A stretch of DNA of 64,000 nt from Candidatus Woesebacteria bacterium. GTDB taxonomy: Bacteria; Patescibacteriota; Saccharimonadia; Saccharimonadales; EFPC-124. Under the pieces are notes generated by a model that worked only from the letters and a program-made list of their open reading frames with translations, had not been told where the DNA came from and ran no database searches. The stretch spans positions 7,601-71,600 of the forward strand of contig JASFQB010000004.1 in NCBI GenBank assembly GCA_050115675.1. Reading direction: 5' to 3'. The position numbers were made by a program, and so were the translations under genes. Position 1 is the first letter of the stretch. The number at the start of each line of letters is the position of its first letter. Shown here piece after piece: positions 20,227 to 28,769 of this stretch.

Positions 20227-20495
20227 TGGCTAAGAAATCTATGATTGCACGCGATAAAAAGCGCCGAAATTTAATCACAAAATTTGCCGCAAAGCGAGCT
20301 GAGCTTAAAGCAGCTGGCGACTACGAAGGCCTACAGAACCTTCCGCGCAACGCTAGCCCAACTCGCTGGAAAAACCGATGTGTAGAAACTGGTCGACCAC
20401 ACGCCTATATGCGCAAATTCGGACTAAGTCGAATTGAGTTCCGAAACAGAGCAAGCAAAGGCGAAATCCCTGGCGTAACAAAGGCCAGCTGGTAA
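20226..20495 (+). CDS. rpsN: 30S ribosomal protein S14 (long, non-zinc form)
   Basis: 89 aa, ends ...[11 protein letters not shown]; lacks CxxC pairs. Confidence 0.95.
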   Translation: MAKKSMIARDKKRRNLITKFAAKRAELKAAGDYEGLQNLPRNASPTRWKNRCVETGRPHAYMRKFGLSRIEFRNRASKGEIPGVTKASW

Positions 20496-20507
20496 GGAGA
20501 ATATGCA

Positions 20508-20909
20508 ATGAGTATGCTTTCTACAGATCCAATTGCTGATATGTTAAGCCGTATCCGAAACGCTGCCGCCGTTGGTAAGCAGCAGATCGTACTGCCACAC
20601 AGCAAAATCAAACAAACAGTTGCAGAGCAACTTGTAAAAACCGGCTACCTAACCGATATTAAGGTTATCGAGAAAAAACCACAGTCTGAAATTCAAATTA
20701 CTATCAACGACGAAGGTCAAAGCTCAAACATAACCGAAATCGTACGATTAAGTAAGCCCGGCCGCAGAGTTTACGTCAAAGCTGACGAAATCCCACGAGT
20801 CAAAAACGGTCGCGGCGTTGTATTAGTATCGACAAGCCAAGGCGTTATGTCGGGCGACAACGCACGCAAACAACGACTTGGCGGCGAGTTAATTTGTAAG
20901 GTTTACTAA
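20508..20909 (+). CDS. rpsH: 30S ribosomal protein S8
   Basis: DPIADMLSRIRNA uS8 N-terminus. Confidence 0.97.
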   Translation: MSMLSTDPIADMLSRIRNAAAVGKQQIVLPHSKIKQTVAEQLVKTGYLTDIKVIEKKPQSEIQITINDEGQSSNITEIVRLSKPGRRVYVKADEIPRVKNGRGVVLVSTSQGVMSGDNARKQRLGGELICKVY

Positions 20910-20926
20910 TATTTAAGGAGATATCG

Positions 20927-21463
20927 ATGAGTCGAATCGGAAAACTACCTATTCAGATCCCTTCGGGTGTGACAATCACGGTTGATAAAGACGCCATCGT
21001 TGTAACAGGGCCAAAAGGCAACTTGTCGCAACCAACGCTTTCTCACGTGGACGTCACGATTGACAACAATATAGCGTCTGTTACACGCAAGTCAGACGAA
21101 AAAATTGCACGTGCACAGCACGGGTTAATGCGAGCATTGGTCAACAACATGGTTGTTGGTGTAAGCAAAGGCTTCGAAAAGAAACTTGAGCTTAACGGCG
21201 TTGGCTATCGCGTAAGCGGCGGCGGACAGGCACTAAATATGACTTTGGGTTTTTCACATCCCGTTGACTACAAAGCTCCTGAAGGAGTTCAGTTTACAGT
21301 AGAGAAAAACCTAATAACCGTAAGTGGTATTGACAAGCAAAAAGTTGGTCAGATAGCTGCTGAAATACGAGCACTTAAAAAACCAGAACCTTATAAGGGT
21401 AAGGGCATTAAGTATATCGACGAAGTAATTGTCCGAAAAGCTGGCAAGAAGGGAGGTAAGTAG
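20927..21463 (+). CDS. rplF: 50S ribosomal protein L6
   Basis: MSRIGKLPIQIPSGV uL6. Confidence 0.97.
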   Translation: MSRIGKLPIQIPSGVTITVDKDAIVVTGPKGNLSQPTLSHVDVTIDNNIASVTRKSDEKIARAQHGLMRALVNNMVVGVSKGFEKKLELNGVGYRVSGGGQALNMTLGFSHPVDYKAPEGVQFTVEKNLITVSGIDKQKVGQIAAEIRALKKPEPYKGKGIKYIDEVIVRKAGKKGGK

Positions 21464-21465
21464 AC

Positions 21466-21822
21466 ATGAGTAAAGCTACACAAAAAATTGTTAATCGTCT
21501 CTTGCGCAAAAATCGAGTACGAGCTATTGTAAGCGGCACAACAGAGAGGCCACGCTTAAGCGTTCGTATTAGCAACCGGCACATCAATGCGCAAATCATT
21601 GACGACACCAAACAAAAAACTCTTGCTGGAACCACTACGGCTACCACAAAAGCAGCCACAGGCAACCTGACAGAAAAAGCCGCTTGGGTCGGTGCGGATA
21701 TTGCTAAAAAGGCTAAAAAAGCAGGTGTAACCAAAGTTGTGTTTGATCGTGGCGGACGCCAATACAAAGCAAGGCTACAAGCACTTGCTGAAGCAGCACG
21801 TAAAGAAGGATTGGAGTTCTAA
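21466..21822 (+). CDS. rplR: 50S ribosomal protein L18
   Basis: uL18 (RPRLSVRISNRHINAQIIDD, VFDRGG..Y.GR). Confidence 0.96.
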   Translation: MSKATQKIVNRLLRKNRVRAIVSGTTERPRLSVRISNRHINAQIIDDTKQKTLAGTTTATTKAATGNLTEKAAWVGADIAKKAKKAGVTKVVFDRGGRQYKARLQALAEAARKEGLEF

Positions 21823-21823
21823 T

Positions 21824-22390
21824 ATGGCAGCTACTACAGAAAAGCCGCAAGAACAACGCTCTGCGCGTCCGCGCCGTCAAGAGCGCGCACAAGCTCCGCG
21901 TGAAGAAAAGATTTTTGAAGAGTTTGTTATCAACATTGACCGCGTTGCCCGTGTTGTACGCGGTGGACGACGCTTTCGTTTTAAAGCACTAGTTGCCGTA
22001 GGCGATCGCAAAAACCGTGTAGGCATTGGCGTATCAAAAGGCGCTGACGTTCAGGCTGCGGTCTCAAAAGCAACCGAGATTGCGAAAAAGAACCTAGTAA
22101 CTATTCCGATCAAGAATGCTACCATTCCACACGACGCAGAAGTTAAGGTTGGTGGTGCACGCGTGCTGTTAAAACCAGCTGCGCCTGGTACAGGTGTTAT
22201 TGCTGGTGGTGTTGTTCGCTCAATCATTGGCCTTACAGGCATTCACAACCTATTAAGTAAGTCCTTGGACTCAACAAACAAAGTAAACAACGCATACGCA
22301 ACCATTGAGGCTTTACGCTCATTAGTTCCAAGTGAAGAATGGATCAATACTAACAAAAAAACATCCGCTAAAAAAGCAGGAGATAAGTAA
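21824..22390 (+). CDS. rpsE: 30S ribosomal protein S5
   Basis: uS5 (VINIDRVARVVRGGRRFRF); start moved to ATG 21824 just after the rplR stop; ORF-track start 21737 overlaps rplR. Confidence 0.96.
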   Translation: MAATTEKPQEQRSARPRRQERAQAPREEKIFEEFVINIDRVARVVRGGRRFRFKALVAVGDRKNRVGIGVSKGADVQAAVSKATEIAKKNLVTIPIKNATIPHDAEVKVGGARVLLKPAAPGTGVIAGGVVRSIIGLTGIHNLLSKSLDSTNKVNNAYATIEALRSLVPSEEWINTNKKTSAKKAGDK

Positions 22391-22860
22391 TGAAGATTCA
22401 TGAACTTAACGCAACTCCAAACAAAGACCGCAAGCGCGTTGGTCGCGGCATTTCTGCTGGACAAGGTAAAACTGCGGGTCGCGGAACAAAAGGCCAGCTT
22501 TCTAGAACTGGAAAGAAAATTAGCCCAGCGTTTATGGGTGGACAAGGTCCTCTTTCTCAGCGCGTTCCAAAGCTACGCGGTTTCAAGAGTCTACGTGCTC
22601 CTGCTCAAGTAGTCTACACAGATCAACTTGAAGCATTAGCGAACAAGACCGCTGATAACTTTACGCTAGCAGAAACCGACCTAGTGGCAACCCCTTACCA
22701 CACAGTTAAAATAATTGTGAGAGGTGAACTAAAAGCAGAAGTTGCTGTAAAAGTACAAGGCGCTTCTGAAAACGCTAAAGCCATAATCACAAAAGCTGGT
22801 GGTAGCTTCGAAAAAATTGCAGTACCCCTGCAAAAAAGCAACAAAAAAGTTGAAGAGTAA
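22390..22860 (+). CDS. rplO: 50S ribosomal protein L15
   Basis: uL15 (KRVGRGISAGQGKTAGRGTKGQ); follows rpsE directly, with no rpmD. Confidence 0.96.
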   Translation: MKIHELNATPNKDRKRVGRGISAGQGKTAGRGTKGQLSRTGKKISPAFMGGQGPLSQRVPKLRGFKSLRAPAQVVYTDQLEALANKTADNFTLAETDLVATPYHTVKIIVRGELKAEVAVKVQGASENAKAIITKAGGSFEKIAVPLQKSNKKVEE

Positions 22861-22873
22861 AGACTGACCGCTC

Positions 22874-22923
22874 TCTAACATAGCAAAAAAGATCCAGCAA
22901 AGGGTCTTTTTCGCTATGTTAGA
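22874..22923 (+). terminator. Long hairpin/terminator between rplO and secY
   Basis: ~25-bp imperfect stem tctaacatagcaaaaaagatcc / gggtctttttcgctatgttaga. Confidence 0.6.
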
Positions 22924-23029
22924 AAACTTGGTATTGCCATTTTGGCAACATTAATTCGTAAACCTAACTACAATATTGGCCAAAGATGTGTTATCTTTGA
23001 ATAAGTAAACATTGCAGCATAGGATATAC

Positions 23030-24451
23030 ATGAACTGGAAAACGATTCTAAAGTCACTAAAAAGCCGAGATATGCAAAAGCGCATTTTTATTGTGCTAGG
23101 ACTGTTTGTTGTATACCGTTTTTTGTCGCACATTCCAGTACCCCTAGCTGATCCAACACAATTACGTGTCGTGCTAGAAAACATGATAAGCAGCACAGAT
23201 CTTGGTGGTTTCATGAATCTACTTTCTGGAGGGGCGCTGTCTACAATGTCTATTGTGCTTGTTGGGCTTTCTCCATACATTACAGCCTCTGTAGTAACAC
23301 AACTGCTAACCAAGGCTATTCCAAAGCTAGAAGAGCTACACAAAGACGGAGAAACTGGCAGGCGAAAGATTCAACAATGGACAAGAATCATTACATTACC
23401 ATTGGCGCTTTTGCAATCTGTTGCCTTTATCTTTATACTTCGCCAAACTGTACTTGCAGGCAACACAGGGTTAGATATAACCGCAAACACCTCAATTGAG
23501 CAATGGATACTCATGATAACCTGCATGACCGCAGGGTCCATGCTGCTAATGTGGCTTGGCGAGCTTATGACAGAGCAAGGGATAGGCAACGGCATGTCGC
23601 TTATAATTTTTGTAGGCATAATTGCAGGCCTGCCTCAAATGCTTGGCACTTTAGTAACCTCAATTGGCAGCGTAACAACCGAATCAGACAAGTTACACGT
23701 ATTTAACTGGGTCACACTACCAATAAACTGGATTGCACTTGCAGTGGCGCTGTCGCTTGCGATTACAGGTTTGATTGCACTTTACCTCATTGTTAAATTA
23801 AACGAAGCACAGCGTATTATAACAATAAATTACGCAAAAAGAGTACAGGGCAACCGAAGCTACGGCGGAGTTACAAGTATTTTACCAATTAAAATGATTA
23901 CCGCAGGTGTAATACCCGTAATTTTTGCGGTAGCGTTTTTGGCACTGCCAGCATTTATTGGACAGGTGTTTTTGTCTACAGACAATTTGCAACTTCAGTC
24001 TATTGGAACAAATCTTACAACGTGGTTCCAAACTCCAACCGCCACTACATTTGCCACGGGTGAACTTACCAGCCTAATTTATCCGGCAGTTTACTTTTTG
24101 CTTGTAGTTGGATTTACATACTTTTACACAAGCGTAGTATTTAACGCCAACGACATTGCAGACGGACTACAAAAACAAGGTGGTTTTATAGCAAACGTGC
24201 GCCCAGGACTGCAAACCGAAAAGTTTTTATCTAGGACTGTAAATAGATTAACACTATTTGGATCGTTGTCACTTGGCTTAATAGCCGTACTGCCGTTTTT
24301 GTGCGAATTTATATTTTCAAAATTTGGCATACAGGCGCAAAATCTTGCAATTGGTGGCACAGGGCTATTGATTGTAGTGTCAGTGTCCCTAGAAACACTA
24401 CGTCACATCAATTCTAGAGCGTTGATGGTAACGTACGACCGAGACTACTAA
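23030..24451 (+). CDS. secY: Preprotein translocase subunit SecY
   Basis: 10-TM protein with SecY N-terminus (...RIFIVLGLFVVYRFLSHIPVP...); start placed at ATG 23030. Confidence 0.95.
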   Translation: MNWKTILKSLKSRDMQKRIFIVLGLFVVYRFLSHIPVPLADPTQLRVVLENMISSTDLGGFMNLLSGGALSTMSIVLVGLSPYITASVVTQLLTKAIPKLEELHKDGETGRRKIQQWTRIITLPLALLQSVAFIFILRQTVLAGNTGLDITANTSIEQWILMITCMTAGSMLLMWLGELMTEQGIGNGMSLIIFVGIIAGLPQMLGTLVTSIGSVTTESDKLHVFNWVTLPINWIALAVALSLAITGLIALYLIVKLNEAQRIITINYAKRVQGNRSYGGVTSILPIKMITAGVIPVIFAVAFLALPAFIGQVFLSTDNLQLQSIGTNLTTWFQTPTATTFATGELTSLIYPAVYFLLVVGFTYFYTSVVFNANDIADGLQKQGGFIANVRPGLQTEKFLSRTVNRLTLFGSLSLGLIAVLPFLCEFIFSKFGIQAQNLAIGGTGLLIVVSVSLETLRHINSRALMVTYDRDY

Positions 24452-24461
24452 ACGCACACTA

Positions 24462-24490
24462 TTGACATACAGATAATTGACTATTACAAT
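24462..24490 (+). promoter_or_regulatory. Candidate promoter for the first gene of the secY-infA insert
   Basis: TTGACA-17 nt-TACAAT. Confidence 0.5.
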
Positions 24491-24519
24491 ACACTTGTTA
24501 TGTTTGCCCCTGTTGAGAG

Positions 24520-25263
24520 GTGATCGAGGTGAAGTTTGGCAGAAGACGCCACGATGAATCTCCAAATGTAGAAACAGTGGTCGAGGAAACCACTACTGAA
24601 CCGGAAGCCCCAACTGACCCCCCTCCTGGTATTGTGCCAGGTCTTGGTAAAAAGATTGTTCAGCCCCATGACGGAGACTTTTCAGACAAGGATGTAGATG
24701 ACGACTACGGATATAAAGGCCCGTTATCGTTTGCGAGGGCAGACGAGAAAACCACCACATTTGCAAGGCTAGTTGTTACCCTTAAGTGGAATGCCTTTCC
24801 ACTTGGGCTTTTGATGATCGACATCTTACTCAGTGTTGGTGGCTTTGCGGCCATCTTTAAGCCCGCGATAGACAGTAGTGATGGATGGACTAAAACCGGA
24901 ATCATGGTAAGCATTCCGATCAGCTCGTTCGTGCTAAGTGGCGCTCAGATGTACGCAATCAGCATGATCAAGACAGCTTTTGTGCGAATCAAGAAGAAGC
25001 GCTCAGGACAGAAGATTAATGTGTCGTACTTCGGTCTTGCTGCTCCGCCAATCTTCCTATTGTCATTCTGGTTGATGGACCAGCTCGTTGACTGGATCGG
25101 TTACACATACATGACTACCGGAAATCAAGAATGGGCGATGAACGTTCTTCCGCCAGGCAACGTCCAAACGACCGGTTGGCTAATTGGTGGATGGTTCGTC
25201 TGGGCATGTGCATTTGTCTCAGAGTTTGTCTTTGAGCACAAGGCACGCATTGGAAGTCGATAG
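24520..25263 (+). CDS. Membrane protein (247 aa): acidic/Pro-rich N-terminal region plus ~4 TM helices, hypothetical
   Basis: GTG start (24520, or 24529 with SD gagagg); hydrophobic segments; no motif recognised. Confidence 0.65.
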   Translation: MIEVKFGRRRHDESPNVETVVEETTTEPEAPTDPPPGIVPGLGKKIVQPHDGDFSDKDVDDDYGYKGPLSFARADEKTTTFARLVVTLKWNAFPLGLLMIDILLSVGGFAAIFKPAIDSSDGWTKTGIMVSIPISSFVLSGAQMYAISMIKTAFVRIKKKRSGQKINVSYFGLAAPPIFLLSFWLMDQLVDWIGYTYMTTGNQEWAMNVLPPGNVQTTGWLIGGWFVWACAFVSEFVFEHKARIGSR

Positions 25264-25269
25264 AAAATC

Positions 25270-25303
25270 GCATGGCCGAGAGGAGTACTTTTCTCGGCCA
25301 TGC
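25270..25303 (+). terminator. Hairpin after the 247-aa membrane protein gene
   Basis: Perfect 12-bp stem gcatggccgaga/tctcggccatgc; weak T-tail. Confidence 0.5.
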
Positions 25304-25339
25304 AACAATTCAATATAATCATTTTCACGCTTGAATTGA

Positions 25340-25368
25340 TTGACATTTTTACTGTGATCTTATATAGT
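25340..25368 (+). promoter_or_regulatory. Candidate promoter for the three-gene sub-operon
   Basis: TTGACA-17 nt-TATAGT. Confidence 0.5.
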
Positions 25369-25438
25369 TTAAACGTTCAAAACTAAAAAAGTTTGCACGT
25401 TAACAACGCGCCATATTCCAAAGGAAGGGAGATGGACT

Positions 25439-26620
25439 GTGTCCGCTAAGATTAAAAAGACTATCATTCTTTCTGCTACCAGTCGAAGACGCCGAGCCAT
25501 TGCATTAGCTGGAGTTATTTTTGCGCTGGTTGCCGTAATTGGACACCTACCGCAAAATTGGACAAACCCAATTCCAGAAAGTGCTCAAAAGGCAGCTGCG
25601 GCAGCGATCCAAAAGGGCGAACGTGCCCAAACTGGAGTCTCTGACTCGCTATCAGCCGACAACCTAGCAAAGCAGCAGCAAGCTGCTCGCCACAGCGTCG
25701 AGCTAACAAAATTAGCAACGTCTGAGGATACATACAGCTCAACAAAAGCTACAAACGTAGCCAGAAAGGGTTTTAAGTACGCTTTTTTGTTCATTCCACT
25801 AATTGCGCTTCTTTGGTTTTTTATGCGTAAAAAGAACAAAGTAAGTCTAGGCGAGACGCTGATTTTTAGCACTCTACTAATACTTGCTGCGGCCTTTCCT
25901 GCAGAAATCGCTAAGTACTCTCAGTACCCAGTAAGATACATTGCATATGGTACAACCTGCGGATGGTCTGACGTCTGCTCTAAAGACAAGCTCGTAGAGC
26001 AAACTAACGATCAAACCGTAACGCGCGCCTATATTGACACAATGTATTCAAAGGAACAGCTACAAGGCGAAACCTCGCCTTGGGATGTCAATAGCGCCGA
26101 AGAACACACGCAAAAAGTTCTGAGCGGTCAACCGTTTAGCGCTACTGAGCACGAGTACTACTTGAAGCATTCCACCGAGATGCCCGAAGGCAAACGAACA
26201 CTGACAGCAAGAACTGCGCGGTACTTTACTGCAATTAGAAATAGTGTGATTAATCTTTTTGGCTACACTTCAATCGCAACCGGCCTAACAAGCAGCCTTG
26301 CGGGTTTGCTCTTGATACCGCTTTTTGCCATGACATGGGTCATGCCCAAGCGCGAAAAGCGGAGGAAGACCCTTAACTTAATAGCTAAATCAGCAGTGTT
26401 GCTCCATGTGGCATTTTTTGTCTCGCTGGCAGTTTTCTTTTGCTTCAGCTGGGTAAGTGTCTTGATTCTGAAGAGTGTAGAAATTCTTGGAATTGCCGGC
26501 TGGCCTATTAGCTTAATGCTGATTGTGCCGCTTTGCTGGGCTACATATTACCAAGTTGTAAAGTTTGCAAAGTGGTCTAATAAAAAAATTAGGCCACCAA
26601 AAACAATGAGAGTCAGGTGA
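25439..26620 (+). CDS. Polytopic membrane protein (393 aa, ~6 TM, two large soluble loops), hypothetical
   Basis: GTG start with SD gggaga; TM pattern; no motif recognised. Confidence 0.7.
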   Translation: MSAKIKKTIILSATSRRRRAIALAGVIFALVAVIGHLPQNWTNPIPESAQKAAAAAIQKGERAQTGVSDSLSADNLAKQQQAARHSVELTKLATSEDTYSSTKATNVARKGFKYAFLFIPLIALLWFFMRKKNKVSLGETLIFSTLLILAAAFPAEIAKYSQYPVRYIAYGTTCGWSDVCSKDKLVEQTNDQTVTRAYIDTMYSKEQLQGETSPWDVNSAEEHTQKVLSGQPFSATEHEYYLKHSTEMPEGKRTLTARTARYFTAIRNSVINLFGYTSIATGLTSSLAGLLLIPLFAMTWVMPKREKRRKTLNLIAKSAVLLHVAFFVSLAVFFCFSWVSVLILKSVEILGIAGWPISLMLIVPLCWATYYQVVKFAKWSNKKIRPPKTMRVR

Positions 26621-26625
26621 TTTCA

Positions 26626-27336
26626 ATGGCCAAGGTCATAAAGCAGAAAAAGAAGTCAAACACGACCATGGGAATACTTCTTCTAATATCCCTTGCTCTA
26701 ATTGGAACATTGCTAAATAGATTAAATAGCGGCCCGGAATCTATCGCCACATACACTGGCACTGGACCGGACTCCGCCCCTACAGAAGTATTGCCTGCGC
26801 CCACAGCAACAATAAAACCCGGCGAAACGCTTAAAGCACCGCCAGGCGCAAAAGTAGGCGAGTGGGTGGGTGATAACAAAAATAGGTTCAACAACGCCGC
26901 CATCATCATTACCGAAGGCATGAACTATAAAGCAAACTTTGGGAAAGACGTACCCTGCCGCGGCTGGATCGTGGCCATCGGAACATCACTCCAAGAGAGC
27001 GGACTAGTTAACCTAGGCGACCTCGGAAAGAAGAATGATCATGACTCACTTGGGCTTTTTCAGCAAAGGCCTAGCCAAGGCTGGGGAACCCCAGAGCAAG
27101 TCAAGGATCCCGTGTATGCATCGCGCAAGTTCTATCAAAAGCTCACAAGTTCAAGGGTTGCGGGCTGGGAAAGCATGCGGCTTGCTGATGCCGCACAAGC
27201 GGTACAGAATTCAGCCTACCCTGATTACTATCAAAAACGTCGTAATGATGCGATTGATATTGTACACTTGATACTGAACTACAATGGAGTATCTACCGCC
27301 ACATGCCCCAGTAAGAGTAATCTACAGGGGCTATAA
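26626..27336 (+). CDS. N-terminally anchored secreted protein, probable lytic-transglycosylase/lysozyme-like peptidoglycan hydrolase
   Basis: TM anchor then SLQESGL...DHDSLGLFQQRPSQGWG (catalytic-Glu-Ser plus GLxQ pattern of the SLT-like fold); SD aggtga before ATG 26626 (alternative GTG 26617 overlaps the upstream stop). Confidence 0.5.
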   Translation: MAKVIKQKKKSNTTMGILLLISLALIGTLLNRLNSGPESIATYTGTGPDSAPTEVLPAPTATIKPGETLKAPPGAKVGEWVGDNKNRFNNAAIIITEGMNYKANFGKDVPCRGWIVAIGTSLQESGLVNLGDLGKKNDHDSLGLFQQRPSQGWGTPEQVKDPVYASRKFYQKLTSSRVAGWESMRLADAAQAVQNSAYPDYYQKRRNDAIDIVHLILNYNGVSTATCPSKSNLQGL

Positions 27337-27348
27337 GGAGGTTTACCT

Positions 27349-28215
27349 GTGGTAAGGAAGCAGCGGGAGGTGGCTAGGCGAATACCAGCTACTCCCCAGC
27401 AAAGGGCACTACCCCCTGGCAAGACTACAACTCGAGTGGTTCGCGTTGTAAAAAGACAGCGAAAAGTTGGTATTTTTGAACGCCTTTGGCGTCGAATACA
27501 ATGGAAGTACAAGTTACCAATTATTGCATTGGCAAGTATTTCCTTTTTTACCTACCTCGCAACACCCGAGGGTGCGACCAACGAGACATTTGTTCTAGGT
27601 CCAGGAGAGGCGGCTCCCGCTCAAACAAACCAAGATGAAACTGCTGAAGGGTCAAACCCAACAGCAGGAGAAGCTAAGATCTATACCGGCGTGACCACTG
27701 GGATCTCATGGACTTTAGCATATCCGGCGAGTGACAATAAGCAAGCCTTCAGATACTATTTTGCCAATGGAAAATACTGTGGCGACATTGGAGATGCGAG
27801 CCATCAAAACGCAAGCTTCCCGCAAGACCACACTCCCCGCAGCGCGGAAGTGTACAATGGCAAGGCGATGAAGCGTGGATGGATTTACGCTCAAGACTTT
27901 TGTGCAGGAGGGAGTTTTGACCTTCCCCTGTTTGTCCGCTGGATTCTTGACGAGAAGCGCAAAGATCCTGGTAAATATCCAGAGATCAAATACATAATCT
28001 CTCGAAACGCAGCCAATCAGGCATGCGGCAAGAAGTATTTTGGATTCTTCGGGTTTAATCCTGATGGATCAATACGCTGGCAAGCAAACAGTGGACACAC
28101 TGGCCACGTGCATATTAGCTACAAACCAGATTATGAAAAAGCCAGATCTACAGTTATGTTTGATTTTGCCAAATGGCAATCTGGACACAGCATTAGCGAT
28201 TGTGGTATTTCGTAG
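27349..28215 (+). CDS. N-terminally anchored secreted protein, possible zinc peptidoglycan peptidase (HxH signature)
   Basis: GTG start with SD aaggagg; TM anchor; C-terminal NSGHTGHVHISY resembles the HxH metal motif of LAS/M23-type peptidases; the rest is unrecognised. Confidence 0.35.
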   Translation: MVRKQREVARRIPATPQQRALPPGKTTTRVVRVVKRQRKVGIFERLWRRIQWKYKLPIIALASISFFTYLATPEGATNETFVLGPGEAAPAQTNQDETAEGSNPTAGEAKIYTGVTTGISWTLAYPASDNKQAFRYYFANGKYCGDIGDASHQNASFPQDHTPRSAEVYNGKAMKRGWIYAQDFCAGGSFDLPLFVRWILDEKRKDPGKYPEIKYIISRNAANQACGKKYFGFFGFNPDGSIRWQANSGHTGHVHISYKPDYEKARSTVMFDFAKWQSGHSISDCGIS

Positions 28216-28218
28216 TAA

Positions 28219-28252
28219 AGCTGCCCGCCCCGCAAAACGGGCGCGGGCAGCT
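28219..28252 (+). terminator. GC-rich terminator closing the insert
   Basis: 10-bp stem agctgcccgc/gcgggcagct. Confidence 0.6.
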
Positions 28253-28277
28253 CTAAATAAAATTATTAATCGTCAAC

Positions 28278-28382
28278 TTGACACTTAGCATGTGTGCGCT
28301 ACAATAACTATTAGTTATTGCTGCGTTTTGTGCAGTTTATCTTAGAAACAGGCTTTACAACTGCAGTTTTTACCTGTATAAT
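28278..28382 (+). promoter_or_regulatory. Two tandem candidate promoters upstream of infA
   Basis: TTGACA-16-TACAAT (28278-28305) and TTTACA-16-TATAAT with upstream TG (28355-28382); the proximal one leaves only a ~10-nt leader without SD. Confidence 0.4.
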
Positions 28383-28397
28383 CTATGATTGTAATTC

Positions 28398-28685
28398 ATG
28401 GCTAATAATAAAGAAGTTATCAAGATAGTTGGACGCGTGGTGGAGGCTTTGCCTGGCGCCCAGTTTAATGTTGAGCTTCAAAATAGCCATATTGTCCGTG
28501 GACTAGTTTCGGGTAAGATGCGAAAGCACTATATTCGGCTTGTTCCGGGCGACTGGGTCGAAGTTGAGTTAACCCCTTACGATCTCACAAAGGGCAGAAT
28601 CACCTTCCGATTCAATGAACAACCTAAAGACAATAAAGGGAGAGGCACGCGTGAAGGTCAGACCAAGCGTAAAGAAAATCTGTAG
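28398..28685 (+). CDS. infA: Translation initiation factor IF-1 with ~22-aa basic C-terminal extension
   Basis: S1-like IF-1 core ([20 protein letters not shown]...KGRITFRF) followed by [23 protein letters not shown]. Confidence 0.93.
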   Translation: MANNKEVIKIVGRVVEALPGAQFNVELQNSHIVRGLVSGKMRKHYIRLVPGDWVEVELTPYDLTKGRITFRFNEQPKDNKGRGTREGQTKRKENL

Positions 28686-28767
28686 CAAATGCCGTTTTCG
28701 CCGCGACAAGGGGCGACTTCGTGTTATTTGCAGCAACCCCAAGCATAAACAAAGGCAGGGTAATTAA
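28651..28767 (+). CDS. rpmJ: 50S ribosomal protein L36 (zinc form), not in ORF track
   Basis: Hand translation from GTG: [38 protein letters not shown]; SD aagggagagg; overlaps the infA 3' end by 35 nt in another frame. Confidence 0.93.
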   Translation: MKVRPSVKKICSKCRFRRDKGRLRVICSNPKHKQRQGN

Positions 28768-28769
28768 AT

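Noticed and set aside
23012-23029. Upstream alternative starts given by the ORF track (secY TTG 23012, fusA 3941, rpsJ 10886, rpsE 21737, rplM 31461, trpS 34768, and others)
   Set aside because: These extensions overlap preceding genes or add non-conserved residues. Internal ATG codons with SD sequences give canonical N-termini.
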